A DNA stretch of 32,000 bases from Demequinaceae bacterium (GCA_965250005.1 OZ252279.1:1470001-1502000); one strand, 5' to 3'; positions 18,731 to 28,779 are shown, numbered from the stretch's first letter. The notes: a model not told the origin generated them from the letters alone. A program made the numbers and translations.

Positions 18731-20988
18731 GAACGAAACCCAGGGCGGTTCAGACATTGGACGTGTTGAATAACCCAGGTGCGTCGCAAACGGTGACACC
18801 TATTGTGACCGGTGTTGGTTTGGATGAGTTGGGTCGGTTGACGTCCCGGTCCTATGCAAACACCGTGGACAGGTTGATTCAGTACGACGCCCAGTGGGGT
18901 GCACCGGAACGTATCGCAGCAGTGTTTGATCCGGGTACAGGTGACATTGCCATCCAAGATGATGTGTTTACACGGGACGATGTTGGCCGCGTGACGTCGA
19001 TTCAAGACGATTCAACATATGAATCAGCGAACCCGCATGAGGCCCAATGTTTCGTTTATGACGGTCACAACCGGCTCGCAAATGCGTGGACTGAAGCTAC
19101 AGATGGATTCACGGGCACGTGTGACGCTTTCCCGACGTTGCCGACCACTCAGACTGAGTGGGATGCGAGTGCATGGGCTGCGTCTGCTGGACCGTACGCA
19201 ACCACCTGGGAGTATTCAGATTCGGGTCGGATTGAGTCCATCACGAACCTCATCGAGGATGGCTTGTCAGGTTCCACAGAATCGGTGCAAGCCTTCGAAT
19301 ATGACTCCGACGGTAATGGCACAGAATTGTCGGCAAACGATTTGCCGCATGCGGTTTCCGGTGTCGACAACGATGGCGACAGCACTGTCGATGACACGTT
19401 CGAATATGACACGGCTGGACGTCAAACGGTTCGCACTGTCGACGGGGTTACGTCCACGTTGACGTGGGATGTGTCATCCAACCTTGTCAAAGCCGTCGTC
19501 GATGACGGCACCAATGAAACCACCTGGGTGTATGTGTATGACGCATCCGGGCAGCGCGTCACAAAGATTCAACTCGATGGGTCAACTCCGGTAGATGCGA
19601 CTGCATATTTTGGTGAAACTGAAGTCACCGATACAGACACCAATAATGACGGTGCATCAGACGTGACTGCTGTCCGGTACTACGCATTTGGTGGTGCCAC
19701 GGTTGCGATCGAGCAGTCTGTTGAACACCCCACCAGCCCCACCGTGGACCTGTTCTACCTGTTTGGTGACTTCCAAGGCTCCGCACAGGTGATGATGTCT
19801 GATGCGAGAGACGTCAACGGTGACGCCGACCCAGCAAACGCAACAATCCTGCGCAACGCCTACACCCCCTATGGGGCACAGCGTTCGATAGATGTTGACG
19901 TCGACACCAACCCCGACCCAAACTTGCCTACCGAACGTGGCTGGCTATCCCAAGTCAGGGACGAAGCCACCGACACGGCAGGCACGTTAGGCACAGGGCT
20001 GACATATTTGAACGCCCGCTACTACGACCCGGTAACAGCACGCTTCCTATCCCCAGACCCACTCATGAACCCCCAGGACCCGCGCACGTTGGATCCGTAC
20101 ATGTATGCGGCCAACAACCCGATCCTCTTCCAGGACGCTACAGGCTTGTGCTACGGGCTGATAGGTCAGGCAATGGCAACATGCCAACAAGACAAAACGG
20201 CCGCATGGACGACGTTCACCAAAGCACAAGTGCCGACCACACCAAAGTACAAGGACCTTCCGGAGTCGGTGCAACAGAGCATGTGTGCCAGCGGTGAGGT
20301 TACCGGACACGCATGCAACGCTGACGTCACCAAGGATGATTTTGACCAGTCGATCGGATTCACCGAGGGTCTAGGAATCGTCGGAAACGGGTTCACGAAC
20401 CTTGGGGCAGGAGTTGTTGATGGAGTGACGGGCACCCTGGACCTTGCGGTAGATGTTGTCGCAAACCTTGGTCGACCGTGGTGCACTGGCGACGTTCTCG
20501 GTATTACGAGCGGGACCTGGGGGTGCGTTGATGTAACGGACATAGCCAAAATAGGGGTGGTCGGAGACCCGGACGTATACGGGCTCGTTCACGCATACGG
20601 CACCGTTTTGGGTTCGACGGCAACTCTTGCTGGCGGCGGCGCCGCGATTGGCGCGGGCAGGGCTGGTAGCGCGACCATCGCTACGGAAGTAAATCTTCCG
20701 CGATCCCTCACGCCCTTCTGGCGGACTTCCCCAACTACGTCGGCCGCTTTGCGCGCAAATCCAATTATTGGCGAGGCGGGTAAGTTTGCGCCATTTGCGC
20801 GCGGAGGGTGGCTCAACAACAACAACTATCTGCGAACGGGTTGGAGTTGGATGGGGACCAATGCCTCTGGCACTAACGTTTTTCGTACGGCGATTGGAAA
20901 CAACTCGATAGGGAAAATCCACCTGAATTGGTTCACGTAGACACCTGGGCATCAGATACTGTGATTGCCGACCACGAAAGGGCACCGG

Positions 20989-21405
20989 ATGGGCGCAAAA
21001 AGCCAATACTTCGATCTCACAATCGACGAGATATCTCGCCATTTTGAGGTGCGCGAGCTTGAGCCAAGCCCGGATGGGCCGCTGCGTGCAGTGTCTGTGC
21101 GCAATGCTGGCGATGGCGGAAGGACGTGCGAGGTCAACACGCCGGACGGATACGAAGCGCATGTTTATGCCGAGGGACTCCATTTTGACGATACGTTGCG
21201 AGGCGCAGCGTCAACACATGTCGTCCGTCTTGTGCGCGGGTACATGGAGAATGGCGCGACCGAGAGCACTCGCCGCCGCTGGTTTGGTGTCGTTCGCGTC
21301 GTCAGCGTGGATACGCCGGGTGGGGCAACCTACAACCTCGAGGAGTGGGGCCCCTTTTCTCGCGTCCGCGTGACCGATGCCCGGCGGCCGAGCGAGGGCG
21401 ATTGA
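20989..21405 (+). CDS. Putative immunity protein 2
   Basis: 138 aa acidic ORF directly downstream of tip 2, same strand: MGAKSQYFDLTIDEISRHFEVRELEPSPDGPLRAVSVRNAGDGGRTCEV...; assignment is positional. Confidence 0.5.
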   Translation: MGAKSQYFDLTIDEISRHFEVRELEPSPDGPLRAVSVRNAGDGGRTCEVNTPDGYEAHVYAEGLHFDDTLRGAASTHVVRLVRGYMENGATESTRRRWFGVVRVVSVDTPGGATYNLEEWGPFSRVRVTDARRPSEGD

Positions 21406-21547
21406 GCCCGCGGACCCTTCTGCTGGACTATTCGACCAACGGATCAGTGGATCCGGTGCAATAATTCAAGTACGACTTTGACGGCGACATTTTCGGAATT
21501 GCGGCCACCGGAGAAGTGTATCGCCCCGGGTTTGGTGGAGGCTTTCA

Positions 21548-21889
21548 TTGCAGGGAAGGATGAGGACTATGGGAGCACCGAGGAAGTATTCGCCGGAACT
21601 TAGGGAGCGGGCGACACGGTTGGCGCTTGATGCGAGACGGGACCCGGCGACGAGCCGGGGGTCGATGGCGAGGATTGCTGACCAGTTGGGGATCCATCGG
21701 GAGTCGTTGCGGACGTGGGTGAGGCGCGCGGAGGTGGATGGGGGGCATCGTCCGGGGACCACGACCGATGATGCGTCGAGGATCGCGGTGTTGGAGCGTG
21801 AGGTTCGAGAGTTACGTCGAGCGAATGCGATCTTGAAGAGTGCTTCGGCTTTCTTCGCGGCGGAGCTCGACCGCCCACCGACACGATGA
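21548..21889 (+). CDS. IS3-family transposase OrfA
   Basis: MGAPRKYSPELRERATRLALDARRD...IADQLGIHRESLRTWVRRAEVD; start may be the internal MGAPRK; ATGA overlap with orfB. Confidence 0.9.
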   Translation: MQGRMRTMGAPRKYSPELRERATRLALDARRDPATSRGSMARIADQLGIHRESLRTWVRRAEVDGGHRPGTTTDDASRIAVLEREVRELRRANAILKSASAFFAAELDRPPTR

Positions 21890-22803
21890 TCACCTACATT
21901 GACGAGAACAAGGATGTCTTCGGGGTCGAGCCGATCTGTGCACAGTTGCCGATCGCCCCAGCGACGTACTATGCGGCCCGGTCGCGGCCGCCGTCGGTCA
22001 GAGCCGTCCGGGACGCGGGTCTTCTCGTCTTGATCCGTGAAATCCATGCCGAGAACTACGGTGTGTATGGGGTACGGAAAGTCCATGGTGAACTGGTTCG
22101 GCGAGGTCACCGGGTTGCTCGGTGCACCGTAGAACGTCTCATGCGTCGGAAGGGTTTGCGAGGTATTGCCCGGGTGAAGTCTCCTCGCACGACAATCCCT
22201 GGGGGCGAAACGGAACGTCCCTTGGACCTCGTGGATCGCCAGTTCAGGGCCGAACGTCCTGACCAGTTGTGGGTCGCGGACATCACCTACATTCGCACCT
22301 TCAGTGGCTGGGCTTACGCAGCGTTCGTGATCGATGTGTGCTCCCGACGGGTCGTCGGCTGGCAACTGTCGACGTCGCTACGCACCGACCTGGCTTTGGA
22401 TGCCTTAGAGATGGGGTTGTGGTCGCGGCATCGTGACGGGCGAGACGTGACTGCTCTGATTCATCACAGTGACAGGGGCGTTCAATATCGAGCTATCCGC
22501 TACACGCAACGCCTCTGCGAGGCGGGTGTCGTCGCTTCCGTCGGTTCCCGCGGCGACTCCTACGACAACGCCCTCGCGGAAGCCTTCAACTCGCTATTCA
22601 AAGCCGAGCTGGTCCGAAACCGGGGGCCCTGGAGATCCATCACCGACCTCGAGATCGCGGTCGTCGAATATATCGACTGGTTCAACCACCGACGCCTCCA
22701 CGGCGAGATTGGACACGTCCCACCAGTCGAATACGAGCAAGCCCACTACGCTTCACAGAACAACCCCGCGCCGAACCCGGAGCGGGCATTCACGAGTCTC
22801 TAA
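21886..22803 (+). CDS. IS3-family transposase OrfB
   Basis: YGVRKVHGELVRRGHRVARCTVERLMR...LWVADITYIRTFSGWAYAAFVIDVCSRRVVGW...HHSDRGVQY...SRGDSYDNALAEAFNSLFKAEL. Confidence 0.95.
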   Translation: MITYIDENKDVFGVEPICAQLPIAPATYYAARSRPPSVRAVRDAGLLVLIREIHAENYGVYGVRKVHGELVRRGHRVARCTVERLMRRKGLRGIARVKSPRTTIPGGETERPLDLVDRQFRAERPDQLWVADITYIRTFSGWAYAAFVIDVCSRRVVGWQLSTSLRTDLALDALEMGLWSRHRDGRDVTALIHHSDRGVQYRAIRYTQRLCEAGVVASVGSRGDSYDNALAEAFNSLFKAELVRNRGPWRSITDLEIAVVEYIDWFNHRRLHGEIGHVPPVEYEQAHYASQNNPAPNPERAFTSL

Positions 22804-22821
22804 CAAACCCGGGGCGATACA

Positions 22822-23590
22822 CCTGCAATCTTGGTGCGCCACGCAGGCATGCTGGGAGCAGTCTCGCCCCGATTCGCAGCGACAAATTGCGTGGGATGCG
22901 CTCATGGCATCTCCAAAGAACAAGGCGACCCTCGTGGCCGGGCAGGGCAACGGCATCGTAAGGGGTGTTTGGGGGGCGGTGACATATGCTCCGAGTAAGG
23001 CGTTCGAGGGCCTCGCATGTTTTTTCATGTCTGGCCCGAATGGGTGCCGCGAGTACCAAAAGAACGTGGCGCAAGTGCAACGGGACGAAGCAAGTGAGCT
23101 GGCTACTAATTGGTGGGGCAGCACCCGATCGGCAGCTAGCGTGGCGTCGGGCTCGAAGAGCCTCGACGACCACTGGGCGGATACGTTGCCGTGGGTACGC
23201 GAGTACACTTACGGTCCTGGACTTGACGCGTTTGACAGGCAGGACTTCTTCACAGTGGGCACGGAACTTGGCAAGGGCGAAGTACTTGTTGCAAGTATCG
23301 CCTTCGGAGTTAGGAAACTGCCATCATTGCGAAGCTCAAGTTCGACTCGCGCGCTGTCAGTGTCGGACCAACGTGGCGTGGCATCGTTGCAGCGTAGAAT
23401 GCAGGAGCATCAAATCAAGTTGAGAGAGTACGTTGCCGACCCTAGGTCGTTCGACAATACTGGACGCCTCGCCGGAGCCCAGACCGCAGCAATTGAAGAA
23501 CTCATCATCGCTGGACGCATTCGTACTTTGGAACACGATATTCGAGTCTTCCAAACACAGATCGACGACATCCTTGGAGCAGGGCAATGA
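22822..23590 (+). pseudogene. Orphan Rhs tip 3 (5' part lost at the IS junction)
   Basis: Open frame after the IS end: ...ACWEQSRPDSQRQIAWDALMASPKNKATLVAGQGNGIVRGVWGAVTYAPSKAFEGLACFF...; C-terminus MQEHQIKLREYVADPRSFDNTGRLAGAQTAAIEELIIAGRIRTLEHDIRVFQTQIDDILG resembles the polymorphic toxin type 28 pattern. Confidence 0.6.
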
Positions 23591-23886
23591 CAGACCAAAT
23601 TAGAATCAGTATCGAACTTCTGGAGCGCGTCTACCCAATTCTTATCAGTCACCTGCGGGAGATCGAAGGAGAAGAGGTCAGTCTGGAAGATGATTACTTC
23701 TGGTCGATTCCTCGAGACCAAATTGGTGCCGTCGAAAGCTCCCCGACCGACCTCAACATAGGTCAAATCTCGGAATGTCTGGAGTGGCTATCAGGAATCG
23801 AGGAAAACTCTGAGGGTGCGCTGACGTATCACCTAGTTTGGCTGGCGGATGTGCTCCGGGCCATCGGCTATGCGGTTGTCAAATGA
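23587..23886 (+). CDS. Putative immunity protein 3
   Basis: 99 aa acidic ORF with 4-bp ATGA overlap with tip 3: MTDQIRISIELLERVYPILISHLREIEGEEVSLEDDYFWSIPRDQ... Confidence 0.6.
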   Translation: MTDQIRISIELLERVYPILISHLREIEGEEVSLEDDYFWSIPRDQIGAVESSPTDLNIGQISECLEWLSGIEENSEGALTYHLVWLADVLRAIGYAVVK

Positions 23887-23958
23887 GACGGTGCGGGCTC
23901 GTGCGCGGCTACGAATCAAGCGGTGGGCGCTTGCGATTTCGTGACTGACGCAAACGTC

Positions 23959-26059
23959 GTGGGGTGCACCGGAACGTATTGCAGCAGTGTTTGATCCCGG
24001 TTCGGGTGACGTTGCGATCCAAGATGATGTGTTTACACGGGATGATGTTGGCCGCGTGACGTCGATTCAAGACGATTCAACATATGAATCGGCAAACCCA
24101 CATGAAGCCCAATGTTTCGTCTATGACGGCCACAACCGGCTCGCAAACGCCTGGACTGAAGCAACAGATGGATTCACGGGCACGTGTGACGCTTTCCCGT
24201 CGTTGCCGACCACTCAGACTGAGTGGGATGCGAGTGCATGGGCTGCGTCTGCTGGCCCGTACGCAACCACTTGGGACTATTCGGATTCGGGTCGGATTGA
24301 GTCCATCACGAACCTCATCGAGGATGGCTTGTCAGGTTCCACAGAATCGGTGCAGGCCTTCGAATATGACTCCGACGGTAATGGCACAGAATTGTCGGTA
24401 AACGATTTGCCGCATGCGGTTTCCGGTGTCGACAACGATGGCGACAGCACTGTCGATGACACGTTCGAATATGACACCGCTGGCCGTCAAACGGTTCGCA
24501 CTGTCGACGGGGTTACGTCCACGTTGACGTGGGATGTGTCATCCAACCTTGTCAAAGCCGTCGTCGATGACGGCACCAATGAAACCACCTGGGTGTATGT
24601 GTATGATGCATCCGGGCAGCGGATCACAAAGATTCAACTCGATGGGTCAACTCCGGTAGATGCGACCGCATATTTTGGGACTACCGAAGTCACCGACACC
24701 GATACAAGTGCTGATGGTGCTTCAGACGTGACTGCTGTCCGGTACTACGCATTTGGTGGTGCCACGGTCGCCCTCGAGCAGTCGACTGAACACCCCACCA
24801 GCCCCACCGTGGACCTGTTCTACCTGTTTGGTGACTTCCAAGGCTCCGCACAGGTGATGATGTCTGATGCTCGAGACGTCAACGGTGACGCCGACCCAGC
24901 AAACGCAACAATCCTGCGCAACGCCTACACCCCCTATGGGGCACAGCGTTCGATAGATGTTGACGTCGACACCAACCCCGACCCAAACCTGCCCACCGAA
25001 CGTGGCTGGCTATCCCAAATCACCGACGAAGCAACCGACACCGCAGGTACCCTCGGCACTGGGCTGACATATTTGAACGCCCGCTACTATGACCCCGTAA
25101 CGGCACGCTTCCTATCACCAGACCCACTCATGAACCCCCAGGACCCGCGCACGTTGGATCCGTACATGTATGCGGCCAACAACCCGATCCTCTTCCAGGA
25201 CGCTACAGGCTTGTGCTACGGGCTGATAGGTCAGGCAATGGCAACATGCCAACAAGACAAAACGGCCGCATGGACGACGTTCACCAAAGCACAAGTGCCG
25301 ACCACACCAAAGTACAAGGACCTCCCGGAGTCGGCGCAACAGAGCATGTGTGCGAACGGTGAGGTCACCGGACACGCATGCAACGCTGATGTTACCTCGG
25401 ACGATTTTGATCAGTCGATTGGTTTTTCTGAGGGCGCAGCAATCGTCGGAAACGGGTTCGCGAACCTTGGCGCAGGAGTTGTTGATGGAGTGACGGGCAC
25501 CCTGGACCTTGGGGTAGATATCGTCGCGAACCTTGGCCGACCATGGTGCACCGGCGACGTCTTGGGCATCACCAACGGTACATGGGGGTGCGTTGACGTA
25601 ACGGACATCGCCAAAATTGGCGTCATTGGCGACCCAGGTGTATACGGGTTTGTCCACGCATACGGCACCGTTTTGGGTTCGACGGCAACTCTCGCTGGCG
25701 GCGGAGCCGCATTCGGCGCGGCCAGAGCGGGCATAACGGGAGCGACAGCGACCACAGTAGGCGGCTCCTCGTCGATAGTCTCCGCAGCGGCCGCCGGACG
25801 GGGTATGTACTCGCTTGGAAGTGCGACACAGGCGGCAACTCACAGAGCAGGGGCTGCTTGGGTCGGAGCTGGGGCGACTTGGAGCTCCAGCGGGCGCGCG
25901 CTCGTGGCCGCGAATCGATTGCGGCAGTACAGGCCGCCTAATTGGAAAGACAACTGGGGACAGTGGCAGGCGAATTTCGAATCTCGGGGGCTTCCAACGG
26001 GCCCCTGGGTGAATAATGGCCACATGACCGTTACAAATATTCCGCCGGTGTTGCCATGA
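23959..26059 (+). pseudogene. Orphan Rhs cassette 4: short YD core, pre-toxin and tip 4
   Basis: Homology to the active gene starts at GTGGGGTGCACCGG (active gene ~14459) and runs through YLNARYYDPVTARFLSPDPL; tip ends WKDNWGQWQANFESRGLPTGPWVNNGHMTVTNIPPVLP*. Confidence 0.85.
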
Positions 26060-26406
26060 GAAGCGAACTTCGAGCCTTCGAGTTCTCGCTTTCGGAAAGC
26101 GAGGTACGCGAACTCGAGGGCAGTGATCGCGTGTACGCGCCCGCGCGAATATACGTGGGTCAGCATGGTGGTGTAGGTGAGGAATCCTTCGACTTCATCG
26201 TTTGTACACCCCTAGGGCTAGCTCAACAGCTTGAAGCTGAGGACGTAGTGGATGGTCGTCACCACTTCGTTGTGGCGCGCTTTGAAGAGAACATGTTCGT
26301 CGAATGGATCCGAACGAAGGTCGCAGGCTGCGAAGGTCCGGACTGGAGTGCGGTCGCCCTCAAGCTCTCGCGTTTAGGAATGTGGGAGTATGAGGACTAC
26401 CATTAG
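26056..26406 (+). CDS. Putative immunity protein 4 (Imm8-like)
   Basis: ATGA overlap with tip 4. ESFDFIVCTPLGLAQQLEAE...GRHHFVVARFEENMFVEWIRTKVAGCEGPDWSAVALKLSRLGMWEYEDYH resembles the Imm8 family (C-terminal W-E-x-E-D-Y). Confidence 0.65.
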   Translation: MRSELRAFEFSLSESEVRELEGSDRVYAPARIYVGQHGGVGEESFDFIVCTPLGLAQQLEAEDVVDGRHHFVVARFEENMFVEWIRTKVAGCEGPDWSAVALKLSRLGMWEYEDYH

Positions 26407-26459
26407 CAACTGCTCTACGCCGATACCCCTTCGGCTTCGCTGCTGGCATGGGGCCGACC

Positions 26460-27082
26460 CTGGTGTGGGCGTGCGGTCCACACCCGTGACAGTCACCTCC
26501 GCCCAACATGCAGGCTACGACGCGGCCGCCAATGCCGGTGCCGGCGACTGGGCATGCCAAGAAGCTGCATGCTTCGTCAACCGTTCCCACATGTTCCTCG
26601 ATGGATGGGGGCGTGCCGTCGAACAGCACCGTGTTGCACCAGACGGATCCGGTGGACGGCTAGTCTCAGCAACCCGCTACAACAAACTCGGGCACATCGA
26701 CTTTTCTGCCTCAACATTCTGGAACGAAGACGCCGCACAGCTGTCGAACGGAAAAGTCGACCCCGTTCTGGGTCAACTAGACCGGTATGCCACGGCAACC
26801 CTGGATTGGGCTGGCAGGGCTACCACCCAGTCGGCGTGGTTCCGCGACCCAACGCTGGGCTTGTTGGAAACAAAAACTGAAACAACACGTATCGGCAATG
26901 TCACCGAGGTCACGGCAGCCTCCGGGGCCGTTACGGAAACCACCAACGACATTTTGGGTCGGCTCACAAAGCAGGTGCAGTTCGCTGAGGGCGGTGCAGA
27001 TCCATTTACTACCGGATACGCGTACGAGACGTTGCCCGATGGCGGCAGCAAGGTGACAGTCACGGACCCGGACAATAATGAC
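26460..27082 (+). pseudogene. Orphan Rhs cassette 5, 5' core fragment
   Basis: Collinear and same-length with active gene 13129-13751 (GVGVRSTPVTVTSAQHAGYDAAANAG...KVTVTDPDNND); truncated by the IS at 27083. Confidence 0.9.
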
Positions 27083-27100
27083 TGTATCGCCCCGGGTTTG

Positions 27101-28018
27101 TTAGAGACTCGTGAATGCCCGCTCCGGGTTCGGCGCGGGGTTGTTCTGTGAAGCGTAGTGGGCTTGCTCGTATTCGACTGGTGGGACGTGTCCAATCTCG
27201 CCGTGGAGGCGTCGGTGGTTGAACCAGTCGATATATTCGACGACCGCGATCTCGAGGTCGGTGATGGATCTCCAGGGTCCCCGGTTTCGGACCAGTTCGG
27301 CTTTGAATAGCGAGTTGAAGGCTTCCGCGAGGGCGTTGTCGTAGGAGTCGCCGCGGGAACCGACGGAAGCGACGACGCCGGCCTCGCAGAGGCGTTGCGT
27401 GTAGCGGATAGCTCGATATTGAACGCCCCTGTCACTGTGATGAATCAGAGCAGTCACGTCTCGCCCGTCACGATGCCGCGACCACAATCCCATTTCCAGG
27501 GCATCCAGGGCCAGGTCGGTGCGTAGCGACGTAGACAGTTGCCAGCCGACGACCCGTCGGGAGCACACATCGATCACGAACGCCGCGTAGGCCCAGCCAC
27601 TGAAGGTGCGAATGTACGTGATGTCCGCGACCCACAACTGGTCAGGACGTTCGGCCCTGAATTGGCGATCCACGAGGTCCAAGGGACGTTCCGTTTCGCC
27701 CCCAGGGATCGTCGTGCGAGGAGACTTCACCCGGGCAATACCTCGCAAACCCTCCCGACGCATGAGACGTTCTACGGTGCACCGAGCAACCCGGTGACCT
27801 CGCCGAACCAGTTCGCCATGGACTTTCCGTACCCCATAGACACCGTAGTTCTTGGCATGGATTTCACGGATCAAGACGAGAAGACCCGCGTCCCGGACGG
27901 CTCTGACCGACGGCGGCCGCGACCGGGCCGCATAGTACGTCGCTGGGGCGATCGGCAACTGTGCGCAGATCGGCTCGACCCCGAAGACATCCTTGTTCTC
28001 GTCAATGTAGGTGATCAT
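27101..28018 (-). CDS. IS3-family transposase OrfB
   Basis: Differs from the 21886-22803 product at very few positions (IHAENYG vs IHAKNYG, LMRRKGL vs LMRREGL). Confidence 0.95.
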   Translation of the reverse strand: MITYIDENKDVFGVEPICAQLPIAPATYYAARSRPPSVRAVRDAGLLVLIREIHAKNYGVYGVRKVHGELVRRGHRVARCTVERLMRREGLRGIARVKSPRTTIPGGETERPLDLVDRQFRAERPDQLWVADITYIRTFSGWAYAAFVIDVCSRRVVGWQLSTSLRTDLALDALEMGLWSRHRDGRDVTALIHHSDRGVQYRAIRYTQRLCEAGVVASVGSRGDSYDNALAEAFNSLFKAELVRNRGPWRSITDLEIAVVEYIDWFNHRRLHGEIGHVPPVEYEQAHYASQNNPAPNPERAFTSL

Positions 28019-28356
28019 CGTGTCGGTGGGCGGTCGAGCTCCGCCGCGAAGAAAGCCGAAGCACTCTTCAAGATCGCATTCGCTCGACGTAGCTCTCGAA
28101 CCTCACGCTCCAACACCGCGATCCTCGACGCATCATCGGTCGTGGTCCCCGGACGATGCCCCCCATCCACCTCCGCGCGCCTCACCCACGTCCGCAACGA
28201 CTCCCGATGGATCCCCAACTGGTCAGCGATCCTCGCCATCGATCCCCGGCTCGTCGCCGGGTCCCGTCTCGCATCAAGCGCCAACCGTGTCGCCCGCTCC
28301 CTAAGTTCCGGCGAATACTTCCTCGGTGCTCCCATAGTCCTCATCCTTCCCTGCAA
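28015..28356 (-). CDS. IS3-family transposase OrfA
   Basis: Same protein as 21548-21889. Confidence 0.92.
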   Translation of the reverse strand: MQGRMRTMGAPRKYSPELRERATRLALDARRDPATSRGSMARIADQLGIHRESLRTWVRRAEVDGGHRPGTTTDDASRIAVLEREVRELRRANAILKSASAFFAAELDRPPTR

Positions 28357-28387
28357 TGAAAGCCTCCGCCAAACCCGGGGCGATACA

Positions 28388-28449
28388 CAGTGTTTGATCC
28401 CGGTACAGGTGACGTTGCCATCCAGGATGACGTGTTTACACGTGACGAT
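28388..28449 (+). pseudogene. 62-bp Rhs core remnant between two IS elements
   Basis: CAGTGTTTGATCCCGGTACAGGTGACGTTGCCATCCAGGATGACGTGTTTACACGTGACGAT aligns to active gene 14479-14540. Confidence 0.85.
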
Positions 28450-28510
28450 GGAGCCGACCCCGCTTTTCCGGACACATGACTTGGGATGATGTTCCCGAGA
28501 GGAGTTCGGA

Positions 28511-28779
28511 ATGCCACAAGCGAAACCGCCGGAGTTTAGGCGTCGAGCATTGGATTTGGTGCGTCAGGGAGAGCCGGTCGCGCAGGTTGCGAGCGGGCTT
28601 GGGATCAGTGAGTCGTGTTTGCGGCGGTGGATGAAGCAAGACGACATTAACGCGGGCCGTGTTGAAGGTCTCACGACTGAGGAGCGACGCGAGTTGGTGC
28701 AGTTGCGCCGCAAGAATCGGGTGCTTCAGATGGAGAACGAAATCTTGAAGCGTGCTTCTGCATATTTTGCGCGGGAGAA
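28511..28779 (+). pseudogene. IS D transposase OrfA, interrupted by nested IS A2
   Basis: MPQAKPPEFRRRALDLVRQGEPVAQVASGLGISESCLRRWMKQDDINAG...ILKRASAYFARE; joins after nested-IS removal to NVLPK* at 30058-30073. Confidence 0.9.

Larger units (their letters stand above)
17457..18752 (+). mobile_element. IS3-family insertion sequence C inserted in orphan cassette 2
   Basis: Terminal repeats TGAACCGCCCTGGGTTTTGTTCC / TGAACCGCCCTGGGTTTCGTTCC (22/23), 3-bp GAC target duplication (CCAGTGAC | GACATTGG). Confidence 0.92.
16903..20940 (+). pseudogene. Orphan Rhs cassette 2: truncated YD-repeat core plus pre-toxin and tip 2, interrupted by an IS
   Basis: Homologous to the active gene from about 13758 (TTTGAGTCGAAC) to the core end; no signal peptide or N-terminal module. 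Frame continues across the IS after subtracting IS plus one target duplicate (1299 bp). Ends ...GKIHLNWFT*. Confidence 0.85.
21517..22821 (+). mobile_element. IS3-family insertion sequence B, forward copy (1305 bp)
   Basis: Terminal repeats TGTATCGCCCCGGGTTTG at both ends; near-identical transposase to the inverted copy at 27083-28387; no matching 3-bp flanks seen. Confidence 0.9.
27083..28387 (-). mobile_element. IS3-family insertion sequence B, inverted copy (1305 bp)
   Basis: Same 18-bp core terminal repeats and same length as the 21517-22821 copy, opposite orientation. Confidence 0.92.

Noticed and set aside
18220-20940. 906-aa ORF as an independent gene
   Set aside because: The N-terminal portion is an alternative frame of IS C orfB; only sequence after 18752 belongs to the orphan Rhs.
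22469-23590. 373-aa ORF as a single gene
   Set aside because: Its first ~117 codons are an out-of-frame reading of the IS B transposase; only the part after 22822 is the Rhs tip.
26390-27151. 253-aa ORF as a functional gene
   Set aside because: It is a truncated Rhs core fragment (26460-27082) with unrelated ends, running into IS B.
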